From Methanobacterium sp. PtaU1.Bin242 (GTDB lineage Archaea > Methanobacteriota > Methanobacteria > Methanobacteriales > Methanobacteriaceae): a stretch of 24,739 nt of DNA. A model generated the notes under the pieces. It was not told the origin of the DNA, ran no database searches, and saw only the letters and a list, made by a program, of their open reading frames with translations. The translations under genes were made by a program, and so were the position numbers. Location: the NCBI GenBank assembly GCA_002067565.1, contig MVQZ01000344.1:1-24739 (forward strand). Direction: 5' to 3'. Of this stretch, positions 12,472 through 22,259 are shown piece after piece; the stretch's first letter is position 1; each line of letters begins with the position of its first letter.

Positions 12472-12626
12472 ACATCTAAAAGTTATAGTTACTAAAGGTT
12501 ATATAAACCTTTCGAAAAAATTGAGATTAAAGTTACCAAAAGTTATATAAACCTTGAACTATTATAGTTACTAAAGGTTATATAAATCTTTCGCCAATTG
12601 AATTATTAATTAGCCAATTGAATTAT
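12472..12626. promoter_or_regulatory. Array of repeated TATA boxes with overlapping operator-like palindromes between grpE and the ArsR regulator
   Basis: TTATAGTTACTAAAGGTTATATAAA(C/T)CTTTCG at 12483-12514 and 12562-12593, and AGTTACCAAAAGTTATATAAACCTT at 12531-12555. The minus strand reads CGAAAG-(G/A)-TTTATATA (BRE+TATA). GCCAATTGAATTAT occurs at 12593 and 12613. Confidence 0.8.
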
Positions 12627-12720
12627 AATTAAAATATTTAAGTAAAAATGGTAAATGATAAAAATCAATTATTATAATCAATTAATTAAATGGTACTAAA
12701 CAATCTAACAGTGATGATAA

Positions 12721-13209
12721 ATGGATTTAGAGGAAATACTTGATGTGATGGGTTGTAAAACTCGTAGAGATATACTGGATTTTCTTAGGGATGAGCCTCG
12801 TTTTGTAAGTCAAATATCCCGGGAGTTAGAGGTTGGTCAAAAGGCCATCATCGAACATTTACGGGCTATGGAAGAAGCAGGTTTATTAAACTCTTCTTTC
12901 CAAAAAATAGAGAGAGGAAGGCCTCGAAAATACTATGGCATTTCCCGGGATGTTGAATTCCAGATATTCATCAGTAGGGGTGTTATCCGGGTAAATGTCC
13001 CGGGACATCAATTTCAGGAGCTGCAAAGGTTAGAAGAAAGAGCCAGAATGGGAGATGAAGTTACAGATGAACTGGAAAACCTAATCGAAGATTATGATAT
13101 GGCCATTAAACATGCAAAAGCTCTCCTAAAGCAATTAGATGAAAGAAAAAGGGCTTTAAAGAAACGTTCACTAAACTTACCAGTTATAGCTGATGATGAA
13201 ATGGATTAG
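12721..13209 (+). CDS. ArsR-family wHTH transcriptional regulator, probable heat-shock repressor (Phr/HSR1-like)
   Basis: [14 protein letters not shown]...[31 protein letters not shown]...RGRPRKYY, with a C-terminal coiled coil; divergent from grpE-dnaK-dnaJ. Confidence 0.88.
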   Translation: MDLEEILDVMGCKTRRDILDFLRDEPRFVSQISRELEVGQKAIIEHLRAMEEAGLLNSSFQKIERGRPRKYYGISRDVEFQIFISRGVIRVNVPGHQFQELQRLEERARMGDEVTDELENLIEDYDMAIKHAKALLKQLDERKRALKKRSLNLPVIADDEMD

Positions 13210-13473
13210 GGATAATTAGAAGAATTAATTAGTTTAATTATTCGTTAAGACATTAGATTATTGAATTCCATACCAATGATATTTTTTTTACAATAGAGAC
13301 TGTGTAATAATTCAAAATTCCTGAAAAAATTAATGTTTAATCAACTAAAATTCATAAAAGGGATATAACAGCCGTTAAAAATAGGCAATTTCTTATTGTC
13401 GAAAAATAATTATTGCCCAGCCTCAATAACCAAAAAAAATTTGATATTTAAGTTAAAAATTAAGATTATTGAT

Positions 13474-15774
13474 CTAAAAACGGAGTGCTGCCACTAGGGC
13501 CTGTCCCAGGGACACCGAACCATCACCAGCGCAACTGTTTTTATGTTGGATGAATCGGTAACCTGCTGATTCTACACGGTTTTTTATGGTCATACTTATA
13601 GCTTCATTATAAAATACCCCACCAGAACCTCCTATAATGTCAACACCAGTTCTATCCGCAGTTTGAATGGCCAATTCAGCTAAACCTATAGAAACTGCCT
13701 TTTGAGCAGCTAAAGCTATGTTATTTATTTTTTCACCTGATAATTTCTCTTCTAACGCAGAAAGAAGTATATGGGAAGTGTCTAAAATATCCATACCATT
13801 TTGTTTCCTGATTTCTACAGGAATCTTAAGCTTTTCTTCTCCACTACGGGCCACTGATTCTAATTTCATGGCACACTCCCCTTCATAGGTCCTTTCACCA
13901 CATATATGGAGGATTGAAGATATGGCATCCAGTACACGCCCGGTGCTGGTGGTTTGGCTGATGTTAAAACCCTTTTGGAGTTGCCGGTCCACCAGATCAA
14001 CTTCCGGTCCACCATGCTTAAAGTAGGGTAAATAATCTTTTTTCATAAGATCCACCAATTCATCCGGATTATAATGATCATAAAGCATGCTCATGACCAT
14101 TCTAATGGGATAACGGGTGGTTAAATCACCACTCACCATTTTTTGGGGCATTAAACTGGCGGGTCTTTCATATACACGGCCACTGTAGAGTAATATCTCA
14201 CCTCCCCAAGCGGTCTTGTCTTCACCATAACCTACTCCATCTGCAGCAATGCATATCATTTCATCCACCTGATTATCAATGGCCAGAGCGGCAGCGTGGG
14301 CATGGTGGTGCTGGACATTCAGAATCTCACATTCAAACCGCTCACTTAACTCCTGTGCCAGTTTGGTGGTAAAAAACTGGGGATGAAGATCACAAGCAAC
14401 CACATCCACAGATTCAGTCTTAGTAATGCCCATAAGATATTTAATAGCGGTTTTTAGATATTTGAAGGTTTCATACTTGGTGGTGTCCCCTATATGTTGG
14501 GATACATAACATTTACCCTCTTTTAAGAGAGAAAATGTCACATCAATCTCAGGACCCAGAGCCAGAACATTTAAATCACTTTTAAGTGAAGAAAAATCGT
14601 AAGGTTGAGGAACATAACCCCTGGAGCGTCGGATAAATGCCATATCATCTCCTCTGAATCTGACCACAGAATCATCGCAACGATTAATTATCTTCCGATT
14701 GTGTAAAAGGAAATAATCTGCCACATCAACCAGTTTTTCTGTAATCTCCTGATTATCTGTTAACATGGGCTCTCCCGGCATGTTGGCAGAGGTCATTATA
14801 TAGGCTGGTTCATCCGAATATTTAAAGAGCATATGGTGCAATGCTGAGTAGGGGAGCATAATTCCCAGATTATGAAGCTCGGGAGATACATATGGAGATA
14901 AGTGATAGTTACTATTTTTATCTAAAACTACTATGGGCCTATTTATTGATTTCAAGACTTTTTCCTCTGCATTTGAGACATGGGCGAACGTTTTAATGGT
15001 TTCCACATCGGGAGACATACAAGCAAAGGGCTGATTAAATCGCCCCAATCTTTTCCTGAGCTCCTCCACAGTATCATCAGCGGTGGTTCTGGCCACCAGA
15101 TGTGTGCCGCCAATACCTTTAACTGCCAGTATATGGCCCTTATCAATAAGTTTAACCGCTTCTTTTATGGGATTTTTTAAATCAAGAATTCCGTTTTGAT
15201 AAAGGAAGACAGAAGGCCCGCAAACTGGACAGCAGGTTGCTTCGGCATGATAACGCCGATCTTCAGGATTCTGGTATTCTGTCTGGCATTCGGGACAGAG
15301 AGGAAACTCTTCCATGGAAGTCCTTTCCCGGTCGTAGGGGATAGACTCAATCACAGTAAAACGCGGTCCACAGTCTGTGCATGCAGTGAATGGATAACCA
15401 TGTCTCCTGTCAGATGGATTAAAAACTTCCCGAAGGCAATTGTCACAGGTAGCAATATCCGGAGGTATCACCGCAGATCCAGAGAAGTTTGAAGAACTTT
15501 CTAGAATTTCAAAATCATAAAATTCGTCCCGCCCCGCAGTCAGCCATTCTATATTCAATGAACTTATCTGGGATAAAGGTGGTTTTTTCAATTTCAAATT
15601 CTCACTAAAATCTATTATAACATCTTTATCTCCTTCAAGCACGATTTCCACAATGTTCCCCAGATTTCTAACGTAACCATTAAGCTCCATACTTTTAGCT
15701 ATCCGATAAACGGTAGGTCTAAAACCAACACCCTGTACAATTCCCTGTACTATTACCCTGGCTTTTTCCACCAC
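13474..15774 (-). CDS. hypF: [NiFe] hydrogenase maturation carbamoyltransferase HypF
   Basis: [10 protein letters not shown] acylphosphatase domain, paired zinc fingers ([22 protein letters not shown]), YrdC-like domain, QHHHAH and GDGSVSLGQ. Confidence 0.98.
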   Translation of the reverse strand: MVEKARVIVQGIVQGVGFRPTVYRIAKSMELNGYVRNLGNIVEIVLEGDKDVIIDFSENLKLKKPPLSQISSLNIEWLTAGRDEFYDFEILESSSNFSGSAVIPPDIATCDNCLREVFNPSDRRHGYPFTACTDCGPRFTVIESIPYDRERTSMEEFPLCPECQTEYQNPEDRRYHAEATCCPVCGPSVFLYQNGILDLKNPIKEAVKLIDKGHILAVKGIGGTHLVARTTADDTVEELRKRLGRFNQPFACMSPDVETIKTFAHVSNAEEKVLKSINRPIVVLDKNSNYHLSPYVSPELHNLGIMLPYSALHHMLFKYSDEPAYIMTSANMPGEPMLTDNQEITEKLVDVADYFLLHNRKIINRCDDSVVRFRGDDMAFIRRSRGYVPQPYDFSSLKSDLNVLALGPEIDVTFSLLKEGKCYVSQHIGDTTKYETFKYLKTAIKYLMGITKTESVDVVACDLHPQFFTTKLAQELSERFECEILNVQHHHAHAAALAIDNQVDEMICIAADGVGYGEDKTAWGGEILLYSGRVYERPASLMPQKMVSGDLTTRYPIRMVMSMLYDHYNPDELVDLMKKDYLPYFKHGGPEVDLVDRQLQKGFNISQTTSTGRVLDAISSILHICGERTYEGECAMKLESVARSGEEKLKIPVEIRKQNGMDILDTSHILLSALEEKLSGEKINNIALAAQKAVSIGLAELAIQTADRTGVDIIGGSGGVFYNEAISMTIKNRVESAGYRFIQHKNSCAGDGSVSLGQALVAALRF

Positions 15775-15948
15775 AGCACCTCTAAAATTATTCTTTATTT
15801 AGATTATAAAATGAGATTAGAGTCATTTTAATGTTATTTTAACTTATTAATGTCCATTTTTTTGATTTAAATTTGACTATATACTAGAATATAGAATCTT
15901 TTTAATGTTTCAATCTTATATAATAAGTGCGTAGAATCAAGTGATATT

Positions 15949-16410
15949 ATGAAAAAAATTCTTCAAAAACTTTTAAAGGGAGAAATAACTATACAAGAAG
16001 CTGAGAAAAATCTTAAATCCATACAAATTCGAGAAATAGAAGATTTTGCCAAGTTGGACATGTTCAGGGATATTCGAACCGGGATTCCTGAGGTAATTTT
16101 TGCAGGAAGTAAGGGAAATGAAGAAATTATAAAAATAATTCTAGGATCTATGGATAAAGGACGGTTAATGGTCACTAAACTGGATCAAGAAAAATATAAT
16201 GATATCAAAGACCAATTAATTTTTTCTGAGGAATTTAAAACAGATTACAACGAAAAAGCGGAAATATTGGTTATTAAAAATCATGAAATAGAAAAAAAAG
16301 GTAAAATTGGAGTGGTAACCGCAGGAACATCGGATATTCCAGTTGCGGAGGAAGCTAGAATAACAGCTGAGGAAATGGGTTGTGAAACCCTAACTGCCTA
16401 TGATGTGGGG
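15949..16410 (+). pseudogene. larB: LarB / AIR-carboxylase-like nickel-pincer cofactor biosynthesis protein, N-terminal 154 codons only, fused in frame to a flippase fragment
   Basis: [35 protein letters not shown] and AYDVG. The expected continuation (VAG.HR, VAGMEGAL, PTS.GYG) is absent. Confidence 0.85.
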
Positions 16411-17115
16411 ATATATCAGGCAAATTATAGATTGGCAATAATGATGAATTTGATAGTTACTATGTTTGACCAGGCCTGGCGGCCTTTTGTAATAGAGAGG
16501 GCTGAGGACTCAAATGCTCCTGAGATTTTTTCAAGGGTTTTAAATTATTTTTCTTTTATAGCTCTTTTTATATGGCTTTTTCTCTCAGTTTTTATAGGAG
16601 ATATAGTTTCTATAGAGATTAAAAAAGGAATACCAATAGTAAATGCTATTTATTATCAAGGCCTTAAAATAGTACCAATAATAATGGGCGCATATTTCCT
16701 GAATGGTTTATATATAAATTTTATTGCACCTCTAATAATAGAAAAGAACACTAAAGCAATAATGTATTCTACTATATTGGGGGCTGCATCTAATTTGTTT
16801 TTTAATTTTTTGCTTATCCCAAAGTATTCTATTATAGGTGCAAGTTTATCCTGTTTTGCTTCCTATCTACTGATGGCTATGCTTATAAGATTTTATTCTT
16901 ATAAATCATATCCGGTTAAATATGATTATCGTAGATTGGCAGTTTTGTTATTAGTGGCTGTTTCACTCTACTTAATCTATTATTTATCTAATGGTAGAAC
17001 GGCACATATCTTTTTACTTAAGATAGTATTAGTATTTGCCTATCCGACAATTATTTATTTTAGTGGTTTTTTCTCGAAAGAAGAACTCTCTAAAATTAAA
17101 TCTTTGATAAATTAA
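16405..17115 (+). CDS. C-terminal half of a Wzx/MATE-like oligosaccharide flippase, 5' part missing
   Basis: [12 protein letters not shown]...AWRP, multiple TM helices and [20 protein letters not shown], typical of the polysaccharide biosynthesis C-terminal region. Confidence 0.85.
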   Translation: MGIYQANYRLAIMMNLIVTMFDQAWRPFVIERAEDSNAPEIFSRVLNYFSFIALFIWLFLSVFIGDIVSIEIKKGIPIVNAIYYQGLKIVPIIMGAYFLNGLYINFIAPLIIEKNTKAIMYSTILGAASNLFFNFLLIPKYSIIGASLSCFASYLLMAMLIRFYSYKSYPVKYDYRRLAVLLLVAVSLYLIYYLSNGRTAHIFLLKIVLVFAYPTIIYFSGFFSKEELSKIKSLIN

Positions 17116-17136
17116 AATTAACTTAAACTAAGAATA

Positions 17137-17892
17137 TTATTTAGTTTGTTGTAAATTGCCGAATATTCTTATAGCTATGTAGGAATTGATAATAAGCCAC
17201 AGGAAAATCATAAAGATATCCAGATATATGTTGAAAGAAGAGTAGTTTATTAAGATTTTTCTCATAATATCTACACAATAAGTAAAGGGATTTATCATAC
17301 TGATTATTTTGAGATAATGTTGTGTATCTTTAATTTCGAACAGAGCTCCACTGAAGAAAAACATTGGCCAGGTCAGGAAACTCATTACAAGACCAAAGCC
17401 TTCCATGCTTTTCATCTTCCCACCTATGGCAAGACCTATAGATATAAGCATGGTGGATATAAATATGGCTGATATCAATATCAATAATGCCTGTAATAAA
17501 TTTATTTTAATTATAAAAATAGAGCCTATTAAAATTAGTATGATTGTCTCTATCATTGAGCCAAATATCCCGCCTATAGCTTTGCCCCAAAATAATGTTG
17601 CTCTTGATATAGGGGCTACCAGCACTTCTTTTAAGAAATCAAGTCTCTTGTCCCATATTATATAAAGGCCGTAGGTTATTGAAGTGAATAATATCACCAT
17701 GGCAAGTATACCTGGAAAGATAAATTGTTGATATGTGTAATTGTGTATAGCTACTTCTGCTTTTACTCCTCTTCCTATAACAAATAGAAATAGAAGTGGA
17801 GATATCAATATGGAAAGTATCCTTTCCTTTTCTCTCAGAAAGACCTTTATCTCTCTTAAAATCAATGAATATATGGCTGTATAATTTATCAT
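17137..17892 (-). CDS. ABC-2 type exporter permease (DrrB-like)
   Basis: YQQFIFPGILAM, LKEVLVAPISR...WGK, PMFFFSGALF and NPFTY; about six TM helices; 1-nt overlap with the ATPase gene. Confidence 0.93.
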   Translation of the reverse strand: MINYTAIYSLILREIKVFLREKERILSILISPLLFLFVIGRGVKAEVAIHNYTYQQFIFPGILAMVILFTSITYGLYIIWDKRLDFLKEVLVAPISRATLFWGKAIGGIFGSMIETIILILIGSIFIIKINLLQALLILISAIFISTMLISIGLAIGGKMKSMEGFGLVMSFLTWPMFFFSGALFEIKDTQHYLKIISMINPFTYCVDIMRKILINYSSFNIYLDIFMIFLWLIINSYIAIRIFGNLQQTK

Positions 17893-18860
17893 TATTTCCC
17901 TGTAGTTTTATATCGGGCTATGGTTTCAAATATGCCGTTATTTTCTTTGCCTTCCTCTATTTTATGTCCGGTAAATTTAAAAAAAACATCTTCAAGGCTT
18001 ACTCTCCTTATCTCTATTTCTTCAAAACTGCCAGCCTTATTTATTAACTCTTTTAGATTTTTATTTATATCTTTCAAAGTTATTTTACAACCATGCTCTA
18101 TATTCTCTACATTTAAAACAAAATCCAATTTTTTAATTTCTTCGCTGATATCGCCTTTGAGTATAACTATATCTCTGCCTAGTTTATTTTTAAGATTGTT
18201 AGGGGTGTCCAGAGCAACTATTTTACCGTAGTCTATTATAGCTATCCTATCAGATAGTAAATCCGCTTCTTCCATATAATGTGTTGTAAGTATTATTGTA
18301 GTTTTATTTTTTTCTTTTATATATTTAATGTATTGCCAGATATTTTTCCTGCTGGATGGATCAAGCCCAAGTGTTGGTTCGTCTAAAAATAGGACTTGTG
18401 GTTCATGCAAAAGTCCACGTGCTATTTCTAATCTTCGTCTCATTCCGCCTGAAAATGTCCTTACGAAATCGTCTTTTCTTTCATATAAACCTACTATCCC
18501 CATTATCTCGTCTATCTTCTTGTTTATTTCATTTTTGTTTAAACCATATAACATAGAGTGAAGGTATAAATTCTCTCTGGCTGTAAGTAAATCATCCGTG
18601 CTTGGTTCCTGAAATACAATCCCTATTTTTTTTCTAACTCCAAGTGGGTCGCGGTTTATATCTATATTGCATAAAGTAGCTGTGCCTGAAGTAGATTTAA
18701 CTAAAGTTGAGAGCATGCTTATGAAAGTTGTTTTCCCTGCACCATTGGGACCAAGAAGAGCAAGGGTTTCACCTTTGTAAATTTCAAGATTTATCGAATT
18801 TACTGCAGTTATATGACCAAATTTTTTTGTTAGCTCGTATGTCTTAATGACCGTGTCCAT
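17892..18860 (-). CDS. ABC exporter ATP-binding protein (DrrA-like)
   Basis: Walker A GPNGAGKTT, signature FSGGMRRR, Walker B LFLDEPT, TTHYMEEA and C-terminal SLEDVF. Confidence 0.95.
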   Translation of the reverse strand: MDTVIKTYELTKKFGHITAVNSINLEIYKGETLALLGPNGAGKTTFISMLSTLVKSTSGTATLCNIDINRDPLGVRKKIGIVFQEPSTDDLLTARENLYLHSMLYGLNKNEINKKIDEIMGIVGLYERKDDFVRTFSGGMRRRLEIARGLLHEPQVLFLDEPTLGLDPSSRKNIWQYIKYIKEKNKTTIILTTHYMEEADLLSDRIAIIDYGKIVALDTPNNLKNKLGRDIVILKGDISEEIKKLDFVLNVENIEHGCKITLKDINKNLKELINKAGSFEEIEIRRVSLEDVFFKFTGHKIEEGKENNGIFETIARYKTTGK

Positions 18861-18874
18861 TAACTAAATTATAC

Positions 18875-18908
18875 AAAAATAAAAACCCCCTGTTTGACAG
18901 GGGGTTTT
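18875..18908 (-). terminator. Bacterial intrinsic terminator after the beta-barrel gene
   Basis: Minus strand CCCCCTGT-CAA-ACAGGGGG followed by TTTTTATTTTT, starting about 20 nt after the stop at 18926. Confidence 0.88.
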
Positions 18909-18925
18909 GAAAAAAACAGGATTTT

Positions 18926-20494
18926 TTAGAATAGGAGCCCGAAACTTGCGGATAACATCAACTTATTTGGATATTTGGTCCCATCTATTTCAGTTTTATC
19001 AGAAGACATTTGCGCTGAAACATCAAAGTGCATAAAAAGCAGGTTTATACCGGTGCCGAGTGAATAAGCAGTTTTAGAGGAACTCTCAGCCAGGTTCTTG
19101 CTTATGCCGGCTCTTAGAGGGATATTGAAAGCTTTTCTGTTTATTATATTTATTTCTGTTCCAAAAGCAAATTGTCTGGAATCGTATCCTTCTACTGCAG
19201 TTTTATTTTTAGTTATGTCCATATCCATAGCGAAATGCCAGAAATTGAAAGGACTTATAGCAAGCCCTAATCTTGCCTGTCTGTCTAATTTATATGATGT
19301 ATCATTCGGTCCATCAAATTTAGGGCTATTTATATTTCTTATCACGAGTCCTACTCTTGGCCTCATCGGGATTTTAGGATATTTGTCATTTACTTCCCAT
19401 AAGAATCCTATATCCATAGCCGGTTTCCATGAAGATTTGGTATTATCGAAGATATCATCTGTAGCGTTTTTTGTATCATCATCTTCCATAAATTTGAATG
19501 TCTGATTAGCAATAATACCATTTACAGCTTTTAGATTGGCGCCCACAGCTAAACCTGATAGCCATTTGTTAAAATATCTGCCATATCCGAAAGATACTTC
19601 AGTGAAAGAGCCAGCCTTTAAATTTAAACTTGACTGATTTTCCTTATAGGAGGTCTGTGAAGCCAGGGCATCAACTATAGGTTTTGCCTCACTTGAATAT
19701 TTCAGAGCGTCCTGTGATGCTTCTGTAATTTTTTCTGGTGTTACACCTGCAGTTATTGCTTCATTTACAATAGCTGTAGCAAAAGCAGTTGAATTTGTCA
19801 TACCTGAGGGCAAGCAGCTATTTAGATTTCCAGAAGAATCTAATCCGCATAATAGCTTTTGTATATTTGTGATACCGCCAATATTATCTATAGCTTGTGT
19901 TAAATTTGTGATTGCAGGAGCATATGCTGAACCAGGGTCTGTTGTATTGCTTGGTATATTGTTACCCAGTGATGATGAAGTATTATCTACCTGTATTCCT
20001 ATATTTTTAGTATCTATATATGGATTTAATCCTACATTGGTGTAATTGTTAACTGAAATTGATATCTTTGAGAATTTAAAATCAACACCTGCTGCTGTTT
20101 CAAGTAAAGCACCTTTACCGGGTTTATTCATATCCTCAAGAAGAGACAATGTCTTTACAAATGCGGATATGCTCTGTGCATCTACTTTCCCGCTACCATC
20201 CTGAGATGCTTTAATAGCGTCTAATTCATTTGATAAGTCACCTATTTCAGAGGCATTTTTCATTATACCACCTGTCATTTCTAAGCCAGCTCCGACAGGT
20301 ATTTCAAAACCTGATACATTACCTGTAGATTTTTGGGCAAGTCCAGCCGGATTCCAATACTGTGCCAAAGGTCCCTGCGCTATGGCTACGAAAGCTCCAC
20401 CCATACCCATAGGCCTTGTTCCTAATATTTTCCACTGGTCTGCAAATAAATTTAACGGCATTAATATGGCTATAAATAATATTGCTTTTTTCAT
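18926..20494 (-). CDS. Outer-membrane beta-barrel protein, TraF_2/FadL/PorV-like
   Basis: Sec signal peptide MKKAILFIAILMPLNLFA, N-terminal GTRPMGMGGAFVA...YWNPAGL motif, amphipathic beta strands and C-terminal Phe (SASFGLLF). Confidence 0.8.
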   Translation of the reverse strand: MKKAILFIAILMPLNLFADQWKILGTRPMGMGGAFVAIAQGPLAQYWNPAGLAQKSTGNVSGFEIPVGAGLEMTGGIMKNASEIGDLSNELDAIKASQDGSGKVDAQSISAFVKTLSLLEDMNKPGKGALLETAAGVDFKFSKISISVNNYTNVGLNPYIDTKNIGIQVDNTSSSLGNNIPSNTTDPGSAYAPAITNLTQAIDNIGGITNIQKLLCGLDSSGNLNSCLPSGMTNSTAFATAIVNEAITAGVTPEKITEASQDALKYSSEAKPIVDALASQTSYKENQSSLNLKAGSFTEVSFGYGRYFNKWLSGLAVGANLKAVNGIIANQTFKFMEDDDTKNATDDIFDNTKSSWKPAMDIGFLWEVNDKYPKIPMRPRVGLVIRNINSPKFDGPNDTSYKLDRQARLGLAISPFNFWHFAMDMDITKNKTAVEGYDSRQFAFGTEINIINRKAFNIPLRAGISKNLAESSSKTAYSLGTGINLLFMHFDVSAQMSSDKTEIDGTKYPNKLMLSASFGLLF

Positions 20495-20498
20495 TAGC

Positions 20499-20530
20499 CC
20501 TCCCTTAAAATTATAATAAGAATTATAGCA
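20499..20530 (-). promoter_or_regulatory. sigma70 extended -10 promoter and Shine-Dalgarno of the beta-barrel gene
   Basis: TGCTATAAT at 20522-20530 (minus) and AAGGGAGG 4 nt before the ATG. Confidence 0.7.
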
Positions 20531-20577
20531 TATTTATCTTTTATTATTTGGGAAATTTTTCTCTATGCAATGAAGAA

Positions 20578-21201
20578 TTATAATTTTGCATAATTATGGG
20601 CAAGATGAGTAGGTTCAGGCAATTTGTATTTAGTGATACATTTCTTTATTATATAGAGACAGTCAGTAAGATTGACTAAATTACCCGGTGAAATAAAAAT
20701 AGGTTTTGAATTTTTCTTTGTCCTTAAAACTACGCCGATTTTATCCTTGGCGTTATATAAGTATGTATATTTAAATTTTTTATTTTCTGGTTCAATATAG
20801 GAACCATATAATCGGCTTTTAGCAACGCCTATGGTTGGCATATTCAGTATAACCCCTATATGGGATGCTATGCCGCAACATCTTGGATGGGCTATGCCCT
20901 GTCCATCAAACATTAAAATATCAGGTTTGTTTTTCAATTTTTTTATAGCTTTAAGTATAATTGGACCTTCCCTGAAAGCGAGGAAGCCACTTATATAAGG
21001 AAATTTAGGCTTTGTTTCATATGTGATTTTTTCTATTTCTTCCATATTATTGAAGTCCAATAATACTATAGCGCATCTGGCCATATCATTTTTAAATGAG
21101 ATATCTACGCCGCCTATAATTTTTATTTTTTTATTCAATTTCCTTATTTTCAATTTAGAGGCAATTTTTTTTTGCTTTTCTATTAATTTTGTAAATTTCA
21201 T
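20578..21201 (-). CDS. nfi: Endonuclease V
   Basis: GGVDISF, FPYISGFLAFRE, MFDGQGIAHPR..GIASH, TIGVAKS and LPEPTHLAH. Confidence 0.96.
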   Translation of the reverse strand: MKFTKLIEKQKKIASKLKIRKLNKKIKIIGGVDISFKNDMARCAIVLLDFNNMEEIEKITYETKPKFPYISGFLAFREGPIILKAIKKLKNKPDILMFDGQGIAHPRCCGIASHIGVILNMPTIGVAKSRLYGSYIEPENKKFKYTYLYNAKDKIGVVLRTKKNSKPIFISPGNLVNLTDCLYIIKKCITKYKLPEPTHLAHNYAKL

Positions 21202-21854
21202 ATCATTTTAACAAATCTTGCCGCTATACTTTTTTCTTCCTTTATAGCAGAATCTGTTTTTATGTATTTAGTGATAGTTTGCCATTCATCATCTCCTATT
21301 GGCGCTATCATTATTCCATTCATTGATAATTGATTAAAAATAGGTCCTGGTATTTCTTTTATAGCGCAGGATATTATTATTCTGTTATATGGCGCAAATT
21401 CAGGCCAGCCATATTTACCGTCATCTATCTTAAGTTTAAAATTTGAAAGTCCCAGATTAAGCAGAGCTTTGTTTGAAGATTCAAGCATATTATCTTTTAT
21501 GTCAATAGAATAAACTTCTTTTGCCAGACTGCATAAAAGTGCAGTTTGATAACCTGTACCGGTTCCTATTTCCAGTACCTTTTCCTTTCCGTTTAACTCA
21601 AGTTTTTCTATCATAAAAGCGTTTATGTATGGTTGAGATATAGTCTGTCCTGGTAATATTTCTATGGCATAATCGTCATAAGCTCTGCTTAAAAGTGATT
21701 CCGGTATAAATTTATGCCTTTTTATTTTTAAGAAAGCGTCAAGTAATCTCTGTTCTTTTATCCCTCTTTTGATTAATTGTTCCTCTACCATTTTCCTGTT
21801 AAGGAAATCAAAATATTTTTCAAAATTAGAGGAAAGTAATTCATTTATGTCCAT
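21198..21854 (-). CDS. pcm: Protein-L-isoaspartate O-methyltransferase
   Basis: RHKF, GQTISQP, VLEIGTGTGYQTA, DGKYGWPEFAPY and C-terminal RFV. Confidence 0.95.
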   Translation of the reverse strand: MDINELLSSNFEKYFDFLNRKMVEEQLIKRGIKEQRLLDAFLKIKRHKFIPESLLSRAYDDYAIEILPGQTISQPYINAFMIEKLELNGKEKVLEIGTGTGYQTALLCSLAKEVYSIDIKDNMLESSNKALLNLGLSNFKLKIDDGKYGWPEFAPYNRIIISCAIKEIPGPIFNQLSMNGIMIAPIGDDEWQTITKYIKTDSAIKEEKSIAARFVKMI

Positions 21855-22216
21855 AAGTTTTGATTTATCATAAAACAGGCGGTTGTAACTTTTATTCCGT
21901 ATTCTTTTGCTTTATCTATGGCATTCTGACTCTCTGAACCAGGTTGCATCCATATATGGGTTATAGCTAATTCCCTGCATTCTTCTACAATATTCTCCGT
22001 TATGGCAGGTGGCACTACAGTTATTATCATATCTGGTTTTTTAGGTAATTCTTTTAGTGATTTATAAATAATTTTACCGAGTATAAATCCGCCTTTAGGA
22101 TTAATGCCTTCTACATTGTATTTCGCTCTCAATAAATCTCTGAATATTTTATGGCCATATTTACTGTAATCATCGCTCACTCCGACAATGGCTATTATTT
22201 TATTTTTTAGTTCCAT
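21845..22216 (-). CDS. CoA-binding domain protein (YccU-like)
   Basis: IAIVGVS...KYG, INP, YKSLKELP and WMQPG; AGGAG SD upstream. Confidence 0.92.
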   Translation of the reverse strand: MELKNKIIAIVGVSDDYSKYGHKIFRDLLRAKYNVEGINPKGGFILGKIIYKSLKELPKKPDMIITVVPPAITENIVEECRELAITHIWMQPGSESQNAIDKAKEYGIKVTTACFMINQNLWT

Positions 22217-22259
22217 TATTTCTCCTATCTATCATTTTTTTATTTACACTAAATATTTC

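Noticed and set aside
12483..12593. CRISPR array interpretation of the ~30-nt repeats
   Set aside because: Only 2-3 unequal copies with short irregular spacers and no cas genes; each copy is a BRE/TATA element in a divergent promoter.
15949..17115. A genuine evolved LarB-flippase fusion family
   Set aside because: Both halves are cut mid-domain and the break coincides with the switch in taxonomic signal.
18926..20494. Conjugative element or ICE based on the TraF-like protein
   Set aside because: No relaxase, coupling protein, VirB4 or integrase; the neighbours are housekeeping genes.
20965..21005. PYIS wedge motif as evidence of a eukaryote-like RNA-specific EndoV
   Set aside because: Ser at this position also occurs in some bacterial EndoV proteins as I recall, so it is not diagnostic alone.
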